DNA of 64,000 nucleotides from Vermamoeba vermiformis. Taxonomy: Eukaryota. The position numbers and the translations under genes were made by a program. Location: contig JBEWZL010000244.1 in NCBI GenBank assembly GCA_045837725.1, positions 248,001 through 312,000 of the forward strand. The letters run 5' to 3'. Positions 1-12,537 of this stretch are shown piece after piece. Below the pieces are notes generated by a model. That model was not told the origin of the DNA. It saw only the letters and a list, made by a program, of their open reading frames with translations, and did no database searches. Position 1 is the stretch's first letter. Every line of letters starts with the position of its first letter.

Positions 1-891
1 AGCGAGACCTTCGTGCAGTGCGCGCACCTCTTGCTCTACCCCACGCTGTACGATGCTGTCACACTCGCGCCCAGCAAGAAGAGTGCCACCAACAAGAAGG
101 AGCACGAGGCACTCTACGCGGCACTCAAGAAGCAGAGTGGCACTGTGTCAGCGGAGCTCAATATACTCCGCAAACTCTACAAAGCACTCTGGGCCAACGA
201 TCGAGCGAGCATCAAGACCCTGTTGCGCGAGATTAAATCTCCGCTGCTGAGTGCCAGCGCCAATCGCATGATCTGCGCGTATCTCGTCAACGAGGAGCTG
301 TTCGATCAGTTCTACGCGCGCATTGTTCCGCTCATCGATCTCACCAAGAATTATCCGCACAATGCAGTCTTTGCGGGAATGTTAACCGATTCGATCGATC
401 GGCTCAAAAAGTTTATCAACGACTTGCCAGCACGTGTCAACACGTCATCAAATGCAAGTGCCAGCACGCTCAAGGACAACATTGACATTTATAGAAAAGC
501 CCTCGTGATGCTCGTGACTATAATTAGCTCTGCTGACACCTTGCCGCGCGGTGTCACCTCGACAATCACCAAGTCCTTCAAGTACGGCGGAACAATTGTT
601 GCCATCCTCACTAACGATGCTATTTTTAGATCACTGGGCGCTGATCTCGACAAGTGGCTGCGCGAGTTGAGTGGCAAAGACGAGGCCAGTGCGGGGAAAT
701 TGCGACGCGAGATGAGCGGAGAATTGCGTGCCCTGGTGAAGAGCAGCGACAGCGAGGACTTGACAGCACTGCTCGACACACTCGATCGATCGGACAGCAA
801 GACCGATGCCAAATCGAGCTCGAATTCTTCTCGCCGCACTGACTCGGAATCTCGCCGCAGCACACGTGACCGATCACGTGACGACAAATAA
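1..891 (+). CDS. 3' part of an unknown, mostly helical protein with an S/R/D-rich tail (5' end outside the window)
   Basis: Open frame of about 290 aa ending in TAA at 889-891. No recognisable motif. Confidence 0.6.
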   Translation, partial: SETFVQCAHLLLYPTLYDAVTLAPSKKSATNKKEHEALYAALKKQSGTVSAELNILRKLYKALWANDRASIKTLLREIKSPLLSASANRMICAYLVNEELFDQFYARIVPLIDLTKNYPHNAVFAGMLTDSIDRLKKFINDLPARVNTSSNASASTLKDNIDIYRKALVMLVTIISSADTLPRGVTSTITKSFKYGGTIVAILTNDAIFRSLGADLDKWLRELSGKDEASAGKLRREMSGELRALVKSSDSEDLTALLDTLDRSDSKTDAKSSSNSSRRTDSESRRSTRDRSRDDK

Positions 892-937
892 TGGCAATCC
901 TTTTTTTGTAAATTTCCACTGTACAAAACTAAACGTT

Positions 938-2158
938 CTATTTATGGTAATTGCGTGCTCCAAATATAGTGCTGCCCACGCGGATGTTCGTGCTGCCCAG
1001 GGCAACAGCCTGCGCGAAATCTCCGCTCATGCCCATGGAGAGCTCGAACGACTCTACCGGCACTCCTAATTTGGCAGTGACTTCTGCGCGACACTTGACG
1101 AGGGCCTGTGCGAGGTCAGTGACATGACACGTGTCAAACAGCGACCACTACACGTACCTCAAAATCACGTGTTGGATCACCGTGCAGTGCACCAATGGTC
1201 ATCAGACCTAGAGCGATTAGCCTTATTTGGCAGTGTTATTTATAGCTCACCTGTCACACGGAGGTGCGGACACTGCGCGCGAATCTGTTCTACCAGGGCT
1301 GCACAGGCACTTGGCTCCACGCCTGATTTGGCTGTGACACGTGTCAGTGAAAAGGCAGCACAGAGAGCTAAAAATAGACTCACCGTCCTCGCCGCTGGTG
1401 TTGACTTGCACGAACACGTTCAGTGAACGGTTCGGATCAATGCTTTGCAGAGATTTATCGAGGGTGGTGGCGAGGGAGAGCGAATCCACAGTCTCGATCA
1501 CGTGGAGGGACTGGTGCGCGACTTTGAGCAACTTCTTGACTGCAACAATGCGTGAGATGGTCGTATATATATATATGTGCATATTAATATAGTATCATAG
1601 CCCAAGCAGTGGCTGCACCACACCTTTGTTGGACTGCAAGTGACCAATGAAGTGCCACTGAATGTCTGCTGGCAACTAACGCGCGTCAACACTCTGTGTA
1701 TATAATATATATATATTGCTATCACTTACTTGCGGCACTTTCTCCATCAGTTCTTGCGCCTGAATAGAACACATCTGTCAATTTACTAGCTACTCGCATC
1801 AGCACCGCTACACTCACGTAATTTTCTCCGAAATGGCGCTGTCCCGCATCGTAACACGCTTTAATGAGCTGCACGGACTTGGTCTTAGACACCGCTACGA
1901 GACGTGGCTAATATATTAAAAGATAATCAGCAATATTCACAGTTAATACGCCACTCGTACTAGTGTCTTCAAATTGTGCTTGACGCGCAGTGCCTCAATG
2001 TCACTCTGCACTTGTTTGAGCTGTGCGACGACTTGCTCGGGAGTGGGATCTGGTTCAGCCATGCTGTAGTGCCGTGCAGATGTGCCTCGTGTGACTCGTC
2101 GCGAGGGGTGTAATGCGCTGACTCGTAGTAGTGCTGTGCGTGCTAGACTTGGTAGCAT
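938..2158 (-). CDS. PLPBP: Pyridoxal phosphate homeostasis protein (YggS/PROSC family), multi-exon, with a putative mitochondrial presequence
   Basis: Spliced motifs LVAVSKTK, GQRHFGENY, WHFIGHLQSNK, VQVNTSGEDAKSG, GLMTIG, LSMGMSGDF and NIRVGSTIFGAR. The N-terminal extension is Arg/Leu/Ser-rich. Confidence 0.95.
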
Positions 2159-2309
2159 TCACAACGCGCAGTGAAAATGAAATCAGCTGCACTGCGCAAT
2201 TATTTCACAGCCTCGCACACAGCGGTCAAACATTGCGTCAATTTATTCACGGCAGATATTTGCAGCAGCTCCAAGCATATCAGTATTAACATCTGCACCA
2301 AATATCAAC

Positions 2310-3350
2310 ATGTTGAGGTAAAGTTACGCAGCTATTCATTGATTTCACCAGCACAAAATATTATCAGTTCTGCGCTGTGTGCTACTATTTATAGCGCTAT
2401 AAATACCGGCGTTTATATTACTAGTAAATTAAAAAATATTGTTGTTGTCGATTTATTTGTTCACGAATTCCGTTCACAGAACACTTGCCCATCGCGTGCT
2501 CACTCGTGCGAGACACGTGTCGCTACAAAGATCACGTGCTCTTCGTGCCAAATTTCCAGTCCGTGGTCCCAGTCCACAGCTCCACACCGCGGTGGCACGT
2601 GTCACTTCGCTCACTGCCCTCGGTCTCGCTGCTCTCGCTGTCACGCCCATCGAATTTCCTTTTAAGGAAAGTACCGAGCAGTCCAGCAACAAAGACACGC
2701 ACCACACATTCCCCGTGACGCTGCGGAACAATGCAGTGGCCCTGACGCTGATCGGCAGTGCAGTGCGCACAGTGACCATGTTCAACTTCTACACCTACAC
2801 GCTGGGGCTATATTTAGCTGACGATCAGCTCGCAGCTCTGCGCAAGGAGTGCGGAACAACTCCCAGCACGGAACAGGCCGCGACAGCACTGAGTCAGCTG
2901 AGCAGTGCAGTGACAGGTGCCAGTCCGCGCGTGGTGGCACTCATGCGCATTATTCCGTACCGCAGTGCCTCGCCGCCACACTTGTTGGGCAGTTTGTCCC
3001 GCGCCACCTGTCTGCGCGTCAGAGAGCTGCACGGCACCGAGGACGAGTCACGTGACTGGTGCGCGCAATTGTCCGCGAGTCTGCCCGGTGTGAAAGACAT
3101 TGCCCCGGGTCACGTGATTGACATTGAACTCCGTGCTGATGGCACCGCTTGTGTCTATTTTAAGGTGCGGTGACGTTCACTGAATCAGCAGTACTGACGC
3201 TATTCCTACCAGGGCCAGTTGACGGCAGAATTGACACGTGATTCGCGCGCAGTGGCAGCGTTGTTGCAACTATTCACAGGACCCAAGCCCCGCACTGCAG
3301 CTGTGCATCAAGCCCTGGTTGAGGGTCTGCGCGATGTACTTGCCAAATAA
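2310..3350 (+). CDS. Chalcone-isomerase-like fold protein (Aim18/Aim46/FAP type), 3 exons
   Basis: ATG at 2310 with intron 2318-2479 gives MLRTLAHRVLTR, a presequence-like start. Motif LIGSAVRTVTMFNFYTYTLGLY and C-terminal ALLQLFTGPKP resemble CHI-fold proteins. Confidence 0.75.
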
Positions 3351-3524
3351 AGCAAGAAGTTTAAATGTTAAATCTTTTAGCAACAATTGTTTCAGTCTTG
3401 CCCTTCAACCACAGCACAAGACTCACTTGGTAATTAATAGCACTATTCGCGCCGATAATTATACAATTTACTATACTACTAGCCGCAGCAACAAATACAG
3501 CAGTCAAACAAAATATATTAGTCG

Positions 3525-5461
3525 ATGACGAGCCAATTTGATCAGGAACTCACACAATTAGAGCAATTATATCGCAGCATCACTGAGAGCGCACAGAATT
3601 ATGCAGATCTGCTCATCCACTTGCTGCACGAGTACGCGCACTCAGATCACGCACCACAACTGTTTCAAACACTAGTACCACACCTCACCGCCTCTAACTC
3701 ATCCAGCGAGTCGACATTGCGCACACTATATGAAGACTGTGCTTTTGAATTGTTTCCAGCACTTGTCACCGCGTTTGACACAGATCCAGCCACCTTCACC
3801 GCTGTAAGTGGCCTGCAGCGATGTATATTCACGTCCCTATTAATATTGCGATAGATATTCGAAGCCATGTCCAAGTACGGCAGACCTCGCGAAGTGCTGT
3901 TGCTCATCCAAGAGCAGTGGAGTGCACATCCGCGCCAGTACGCGCTCAACACCTTGTTGCTCACCTGCACGCGTCTATGTATGAATGTGATGTATATACT
4001 GCGCTATACTGATGATAGTCGTAGTGTTAGAGCGATTAGGCGAGAAGAGTGCCTCACATCTGGATGCAGTGGCTCGTGCGAGTGTTAAATTGCTGTGCCA
4101 GGTGCCAGCACACGACGACGACGACCACGAGGACAAGCACGATGAAGAGCAGGTCAGCAGTGCCCTATTAGCTGTCATTATGCATCGCTCATCACGTGTT
4201 GCAGGTGCTCGCTGTGCAGACGTTGAATACCGCGGAACAATTGCGGAACAATAGAATTACGCGCCGCGAGGATGATTCACTGAAACACATCGCGCAGTAC
4301 TTAAATCACGTGCTAGATTTGTTGGAGCACGTGACTGCATCGTGCACACCGCGCCTGTCCAGTGCCGTGTCAAATGCTATTTTTAAACTGCTCGGATTGT
4401 TATTGCCTTATTTGGAAAGCATGGATGTTCGCGCAGTGCTGCTGATACTGCGCACAGTGCCACGTGTCAGCGAATTCATGCAATTGCTGCAGCAAGGACG
4501 CGACGAACACCCGCACGAGATTGGCGGCTATTTATATCTCCTCTATCTCCGCAGCTCGAATCTCCCGCTCGAGATTGCGCACCGACCGCCACTCGTCTAC
4601 GCACCGCGTCACGTGTTCGCAGCGAGCGTGCCGTACTGGACTGCCCTGCTCAGCGCTGACTCGCCACGTGTGCGGCACTGTGGCGTGCGTCTGATCACGT
4701 GGTGCGTGTGCGAGCACGTGGTGGCAACTGATCTCGCGCTCGGAGATTTCAAGCACTGCACATCGGAGATTTCGCAACACCCCGCACTGCTATTGGCGCA
4801 AGTAAGTGTCAGTCGTTCAGTGAAACAGCTGTGCTCATTTCCTTTTTAGGCAATTGTGGATTATGTCGTGCGCTGCGAGGATCAACAGCAGCGTATTGCA
4901 GTGTTCAATTCACTGAACAGATATTTGCAGCTGTTCCAGGACCAGGCCCACTATGAGCTATTAATAGCCCTCATCGCGCACTGTCCTTATCCGCACGTGG
5001 CTGCGGCCTTCATCGACCAGTACAGAAAGCTGTTGCCCCACGTGACAGCGGACTCACCGTTCATGAAACACTTGGTAGACAACCTCAAGTCGTGGTTGAC
5101 AGCACGTGACTTGGTGACAGGTCGCGATGTGCTCAATGCAGCCCTCAGTTTGACACGTCTGGCACTGCTGAATCGACACGTGTCCGCGAGTGCAGCACTG
5201 CAAACACATCACGTGGAGCTGCTGACCTGCGTGAAGCGATTGGACGAGCAGTTGGTGGTGGAGATACGACGGGAGATTTCAAACAGTGACTGGGAGGCAC
5301 AGAAAGAGACGGCCTCGCTGATGACACGTCAGGGCCTGGCATCCATGTCAGCACGTGACATTGACCGCGCACAACAGCAGCACATTGTACAGCTGCAAAT
5401 GATCCACTCGCTGGTGACACGTGTCATGGAGCTGTTGAATGAGGCACGTGATCAGTACTGA
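3525..5461 (+). CDS. Glomulin/ALF4/Ybp1-family helical repeat protein
   Basis: Motifs IFEAMSKYGRPREVLLLIQE and VVRCEDQQQRIAVFNSLNRYLQLF..YELLIALIAHCPYPHVAAAFIDQYRK resemble glomulin/ALF4. Short GT-AG introns join the listed ORFs. Confidence 0.75.
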
Positions 5462-5471
5462 CCAGCGCCAT

Positions 5472-6076
5472 TTATTTGAACACTACATGTCGCCCCTTGC
5501 TCTAAAAATAGATCAGATCACGTGATCACAGCACTGCCAGCACTCACCTGCAACATCCGCCATCGTTTCCTGTGATTGCGCACTTGTTCCGCGGTGACGT
5601 CACCGATCAGCTCCGCCATCACCTGGCAATCTGCACGCACGGTCAATCAGGGCGCGTACTGCAGTCATAATTAGCTGAATAAACGCACCTTTGATGCCCT
5701 GTCCGACTAGTTGCACGAAAAGTTCGTGCTGACCCTTGCTCCAACGAAAGCGCTTCTTGGTAGTCGGTTGCGCGTATCGGACGAGCAGTGTGGGGCTCTG
5801 AGCGCGGTGCAGCACTGCGAGGTGCCGATCTGGTTCTAACTCGTAGTAATGCGCTAGCAGCTCTTGAAATGCCTCCGTCCACTCCTGTACAGTAATTAGC
5901 AATATTGAATTATTTCCGATGCTCACCTGTTTAAGTTGGTTGAATTGTACTGGATTGAATTTCTGATTGCGCATCTGCACCACTACAATTAGTCAGTAAC
6001 GAGAGTATTATCCCCGATTCATACGGATGTGCTCTGAGCGGTGCACTGCCAGAGCTAATGCGCTGTGGTCGTTCAT
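5472..6076 (-). CDS. Small Myb-like (SHAQKYF/GARP-type) DNA-binding protein, 5 exons
   Basis: The spliced product contains KKRFRWSKGQHELFVQLV..VMAELIGDVTAEQVRNHRKRWR. ATG at 6076, stop at 5472-5474. Confidence 0.65.
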
Positions 6077-6200
6077 TTGTAGCGGAGGATAAATTGAGTT
6101 CGGGAGCGATGTTCACGAAATTTCGCTGATGCACACAACACGTCAAAAAAGGACAGACCTGTTGGTCCCATTCAGCTGCATTATCATCACACTGTAGACA

Positions 6201-7923
6201 ATGTCGGTCGATGCTCTTGCTGCACTAGTTGGATTTGACGATCCGTTACAGTTCCGCTATGCCTTGTGCTTGCTAGCTTGTTATCCCTTAGCGACAATCC
6301 ACAAATTACTGCCAAATGCACAGCTAAAATACACATATTCACTGTTAGTGGGTCTGTTCTATTGTTTCTTCTGCTTTGGATGGGATACGCTTCACTTTGT
6401 GGCCACGAGTACCGGCACTTATTTGTTAATGATTGTTAACAAAGGAAAATATCCTTGGTTAATAACTATATACAACTTGGTCTATTTAACATGGGGGTAA
6501 GCAGCTTCTAATTATCAATAATTTCTTTAATTATCAAAAAAACGAGTTTGTTTTATATATTCTCCTCTTTATTAATATGGTATCGGTTAGCCACTATGAC
6601 CGACTAGTGAATCACTATTTGGAGTATTCGCTTGACTGGACGCTGCCGCAAATGATTTTGACATGCAAGCTTGGGGCCTTAGGTTTCAATTACTATGACG
6701 GCACGCAAGTCTCTGATCCGAAGCAGTTGAAGCCTGAACAAGCCAAGACTCGCATCACTCGCTTGCCCAATCCCCTTGAATTCTACAGCTACGTATTTTT
6801 CTTTGTTGGATTTTTGACAGGTCCTTGGTAAGTGCTGGATCTTATTTATTATTCTCAGCCACATCCACTCACTGCACGACAGGGGTGAATTAAAGGAGTA
6901 CCAAGACTTTACTACGAAGGAGATGTACGCTGATGTAAGTAGCTGCACAGTGTCTTATTAGTGACTCATGTGTCGCAGAACAAGGGTGAGATCCCGAGTG
7001 CTACGCCGTTTGTGTTGCGTCGTGTGGTGATGGCAGTGGCAGGCTACATCTGCTTCCAACTCTCCAAGGTGATCAGCGCCGTCTACATCACCACTGACGA
7101 GTTCCTCACGCACTCGCTCGGCTATCGTATTGTCTACTACTACATTGCCTGTGAACTCGCCTTCAGCAAGTACTACCTCGCCTGGTACCTCGGTGAAGGT
7201 GCGTGTGCCTATGTAGGTCTCTCGTACAATGGCAAGGACAAGGACGGCAAGCCGCGCTGGGACCGCATCCAGATGGTGGACATTGTGCGCTGGAAACTCG
7301 CGCGCAACACTCGCGAGCTGGTGGCATACTGGAACATGATGATTGCCAAGTGGCTCAAGTTCCACATTCACTTCCGCGTGCTGCACAACAAGTTGTTCGG
7401 CGTGGTGCTCGGTCACACTGCTGCACGCGCAGTCACCTTTGCAGCGAGTGCGTTCTGGCACGGTCTGTATCCAGGCTACTACTTCTTTTTCTTGGGCTCC
7501 TCGCTGTTGTGGCTCGAGTGCGATGACTGTACGTAACTCAACTGAATAACAATCGTAGCGTACGACTGACATCCACTCTCAGTGCTCATGTACAAGGTCA
7601 AGCCCTGGATTGTCGACGAGAAGGGACAATTCAAGTACCCCCACACGACGATATATCGCACCTTGGGTACCATTCTCTCCTACCTCTCGCTCATGTACAA
7701 CGTCATGTCATTCCACGTATGTAGCGCAAAGACTTCTCCTCATCATAATGTACTGACCTGCTTGTAGTTACTCTCATACGACCGTGCTGTGCGTGGCTAT
7801 GCCTCAATCAATTATTTAGGTCACATCATAGTCATTTCCTTGATCGTCTACCTTAAGTTCATCGATCCACTCATCTTCGGCAAGCCTCGTAAATTGCCTC
7901 GTGACATTGAACGAGAAAAATAA
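6201..7923 (+). CDS. MBOAT lysophospholipid acyltransferase (Ale1/LPCAT-like)
   Basis: Multiple transmembrane segments, with QMILTCKL, FFFVGFLTGP, YWNMMIAKWL and the catalytic SAFWHGLYPGYY motif. Confidence 0.93.
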
Positions 7924-8101
7924 ACCATTTTAGTGTATTGCTAACAGAAAAGTGTAGCAGAGTATCTCCTCTCAATTTTGAATTTTCGTTGGGCCTGGGG
8001 CACCACAAAGTGGTTTTGCGCTCTTTGGTCATTCTTGTATTTTTTTTTTGACGACAACCAAACAAGACCTTCACTTTTCTTGAAGTTGAGCGAATATAGT
8101 A

Positions 8102-10812
8102 ATGGCTAGCTTTGATTTTGAGAAGAAGTGGGCAGAGTTAAAGGATGGCATTGCTTTGGTGATCAACGTTTGTTTGGGTTTGGAAACCCGCAAGATCGAG
8201 AGAGCTGAGTGGGCCACTCACTACAAGTATGTATCAATTACCAAAGTGTTTGCCACAAATACTACAAACCATATATAATTATTTAAAATTCCAACTCTTT
8301 TCTAACTAAATCTGCAGCACTGTTTACACTTGGTGTACGAGACCAGAAGAACAAAAGAAGGAAGAATTATACCAAAATGTTTCTACCTTTTTTGATTCGG
8401 TTGTCGCTCAACAAGAAGAGGTAAAATTAAATTATTGGTCTTGTTGCATTCGCAGTATTTTTTGTTCTTACAATTCTAACTTTTATTGAAATTTTTAGAA
8501 ACTTAAAGTACATCCTGATGGCGAGGTATTGCTTAAGGAATATTTGAAGACACTTGAGAACTTTGCCAGCGCAACTAGCAAGATCAAAAATATCTTTTCT
8601 TATATGGTAAGAATTCGCTCAGAGAACACTTCTATGAACTACCAATGAATTTAATTGCATATTTAAGTATCAATTAGCAATTGCTCATATTTTTAATTTA
8701 AAGCACCGTTATTGGATCCCTTCCCAGCAAACCAATGGTGAAGTTCGTGTGCGCAATATTGACGTCGTAAGTACTTACTTTAGAGTCTTTACACCCCCAC
8801 GATATACTAACGTGAACTTAAAAGATGTCTTTGGTGCACTGGCGTGAGCGTTGCTATGCCAAACTCAAGCCTCGTTTGCTTGAAAGCATCTTGAGTCTTG
8901 TTAACCGTGAGCGTCTCGGCGAGCAAGTCGACAAGACACTGTTGTCCAGTATGGTCAACTCGTACATTCGTCTCGGTGTCATCGAAGAGAGCCCTGTTCA
9001 CTTTTACAAGGCCGAGTTCCAAGATCCGTTCATTGCAGCCACCAAAGAGTTTTACAAGAAGGAAAGTGATGACTTCTTGGCCCAAAACAGCGTCAGCGAG
9101 TACATGAAGAAAGCTGAGATCCGAATCAACCAAGAAACAACCAACGCTCAACAGTACTTGCATCCGTCAACTGAGCCCGAATTGAAGCGCGCTATTGAAG
9201 AGTCGTTGATTGAGAGACACAACGAAGTGTTGCAAAACGAGTTCCAAGCTATGTTGCGCGATGATCGTGACGAAGACATGCGTCGCTTCTTCTTCTTGCT
9301 GTCAAGAATTCCCGACGGTCTTAACAACAGCTCTGCCACCATGCGAACTTTCTTGAAGGAAGTCGGTATGGGCATTGTCAAAGAACAATCCACCAAGCTC
9401 GACACCAAGGCAGCCGTGAAGAACTCCATTCCTCTCATCAATGCCTTGCTCAATCTGCACAAGAAGTACTCAGGCATTGTCAAGCGTTGCTTCTCTGATC
9501 ACAAGTTGTTCTCGCAAGCTATGGACGAAGCATTTACCTTCTTTATCAACAAGAACGTTGGTGTCTTTTCTATGGCTGAACTGCTCAACTTCTTCGTCGA
9601 TCACTTGCTCAAGGGTAATGAGAAGCTGCCTGAAGACCAAATGGAAGAGACTCTCGAAAACGTCGTTCGCCTCTTCTCTTACTTCGATGATAAGGACGTC
9701 TTTTACTTGGCCTTCCGCAGAGGTTTGAGCAAGCGTTTGTTGTCACGAAAGATCAACGAAGAAGCTGAAATGCAATTCATTTCTAAGCTTAAGGTAAGTC
9801 ATCATTAGGTGAATAATCAAAAGAAATCTAACTTGCTTGTACATAGATTCGTTGTGGTGATGTCTACACAAAGAAATTAGAAGGCATGTTCAATGACATT
9901 AAGTTGTCAAACGAAAGATTGCCCCTCTTCAAGGAATACTTGAAAGAAACTGGCCAAAGTGTTGGAATCGATATGCAAGTTACAGTCTTGAACGACTTGT
10001 ACTGGCCGCTGTCCAAGCAAACCGAGCTTGTGTTGGGCAAAGAATTGTTGCCCGCTGTCAAGGCCTACGAAGCTTATTACCACAAGACCAACGAGAAACG
10101 AAAGTTGACTTGGTTGTATAATCACGGCACAATTCAGTTGGCTCACAACTACTCAGACAAAGGTCGCATGAAGAAGGTTGAGTTGATCATCTCTGCCATT
10201 CAAGCCTCTGTTTTGCTCATGTTCAATACCAACGACAAGTTGACCTTCAAGCACATTCAAACAGAACTCAACCTCAATGAGGAAATGCTCAAGTTCTCTC
10301 TTGCTCCCCTCGTCTACAACAAGGTTAAGATTCTCAACCGTCATGGCGAGAAAGAAGAGGGCGAAGGAGAAAAAGAAAAAGAAACTCCTGCCGAAGAGGA
10401 CGAAGATGGCGAGAAGAAGAAGAAGAGACCCAGCAAATCTAAATCAAGCTCGGCTGATAGCGAATTGATCGACTCTAATGACACTTTCAGTGTGGCAGTG
10501 ATGAAGAAGTTGCCCAAGACTAAGATCACATTCCCGCCTGGCTCCACGAAGATGTTGAAACAAGAGTCTGACACCATTGTTGAAAAGACACAACAGGACC
10601 GTATCATCAAGATTGAGTTGGCTCTTGTCCGTGTCATGAAGTCGCGTAACGTTTGCGCTCAGAACGAACTGATCAGTGAGGCCTCACGCCAATTGATGCA
10701 GTTCTTCAGACCTGATCCGAGATTGATGAAGAAACGCATTGAAACTTTGATGGAACGTGGTTTCATGCGCCGTGACGAGAACGATCAGAAGATGATCCAC
10801 TACGTTGCTTAA
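8102..10812 (+). CDS. Cullin (divergent, Cul1-like)
   Basis: DKDVF..LSKRLL, FISKLK.RCG..YTKKLEGMFNDI, RKLTWL, the neddylation motif VRVMKSR and the C-terminal KKRIETLMERGFMRRD..YVA. Confidence 0.95.
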
Positions 10813-10995
10813 TGTATTCTTTTGTTAATCATGCTTTTCTGCAATAAATAGACTTGTATTTCGAAAGCTTGTTGCTCTGTAGTAGTTCAACCGCTGTAAA
10901 TTTTATTGATTGACGAGAATCTCGCTAAATTTAGTATTGTCTTTTTATTCTGTCTTATTTGATCTTGATCACACTATCTCCTCAAGCAGTAAACC

Positions 10996-12430
10996 ATGAG
11001 TGTGCCTACCGCAGTATCAGAGGTTAAAGTCGAAGGGGACAAGTCAAGCTCCACCAAACGAGATTTGATTGAAGGAAGAGACCATAGCGAGGGAGAATTG
11101 GCAAATTGGTTTCATACCAGCACATGGCCCGTTTTGTTGGCTAAAATCCCCGGCAAAGGCATGTTCCAGATGACAAACTCGAATTAATTATTATTTATTT
11201 TTTTAAGTCAAAAACTTCATTTATTTATTCGCGATCGTGTTGCTATTTTTGACGTCAATAGTGCACTATTTGGGCAACTACATTTAATTATTTGCTTTAA
11301 AACGCAGAATCCGGTGTCCTAATTAATCTTTATTCATAGGTTACGGTATGATGAGCCGCGCCACCGTTGAAGAGAATACACTAGTACTATCTGCACCACC
11401 ATATGTATTTGTACCTTATGAAACAAAGAAGAAAACGGTTTGTGCTTACTGCTACAGATCGCGCAAAGACGAGACAGTCACAAGCACAGCGAAGGATGGC
11501 GCCGTATTAGGCTCCAATTGGCACGAGTGTAACGGCGGATGCAAGCAGATTTGGTATTGCTGCGACGATTGCGAAGAAAAAGACAAGATCTATCACTACC
11601 CGTACGAGTGTCAAGGCCTGCAACAAATGGACACTGCGTGGATCAAAGAGTATTGTACGTATAGCCCTCGATCATGCAGCGCAATTGCAAGCACGGACTA
11701 ACGAACAGTGTATTCAGACCAGTACTGCGATGACTTGATTACAGACGTGCGCCTCTTAGTCCGCTCACTGCATCGTCGTCGCATTGAAGTGGATCTGAAT
11801 GAAATGGAAGAGAACAAGAGCGAGAACGGCGTCTACTTGATGGACGAGCAGATACCCCTCGCCGACACACTGCCCATGACCTTCGATCAAGTCTATTCGC
11901 TGCTGATCGCCAACAAGTCAGCCTATGCCCCCGATGTGCTCGACAGTCTGCGCGGTGTCGTGCAGCTCGCGAACTGGCTGATGCCTGACGAGGCACAGAT
12001 CGACGAGGAGGTGTTGCTGGACATTTACTGCAAGCACCGCGTCAACATGTTTGGTATCTGGGGCGAGGCAGGCGAGTGTCTCGGCTACGGCATTTATCCG
12101 CAGGCCTCGTACTTCAATCACTCGTGCTGGCCCAACACAACCTTTTTTAGAAATGAAACGCAGCACTTGCCTTATTTGGACTTCAGCACCATCTACAAGA
12201 TTGAGAACGAGGCTGAAGTGTCCATCTCGTACATTGACATCAGCACTGATCTGGCCACGCGTCGTCACACCTTGAGCGACAAGTACTTCTTCCACTGCAC
12301 TTGCGACAGATGTGTCTATCAGCAGGAGAATCCTACATTGCCTGATCCGTACTTTGAGGATCAGAACGAAACCAAGGCAGAGAGCAATGGTAGTGTTACA
12401 CCCGAGGCCAGCCCTGAGACTAAAAACTAG
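10996..12430 (+). CDS. SET and MYND domain protein-lysine methyltransferase (SMYD family)
   Basis: IPGKGYG, MYND cysteines (CAYC..CNGGC..YCCDDC), ASYFNHSCWPN, SISYID and post-SET YFFHCTCDRC. Confidence 0.92.
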
Positions 12431-12537
12431 GGTCAGATCTGCTGTTTCATTGTAAAATTTTACCATAAACTAGATCCGAACAACTTGTGTGAAGACCACA
12501 ATAAGTAAGATTAATATTCGAATAGAATATTCACAAC

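Noticed and set aside
2310-3350. CHI-like gene as part of the fatty acid modification cluster (CHI-like genes occur in some bacterial cfa operons)
   Set aside because: It is 50 kb away and carries a mitochondrial-type leader like Aim18/Aim46.
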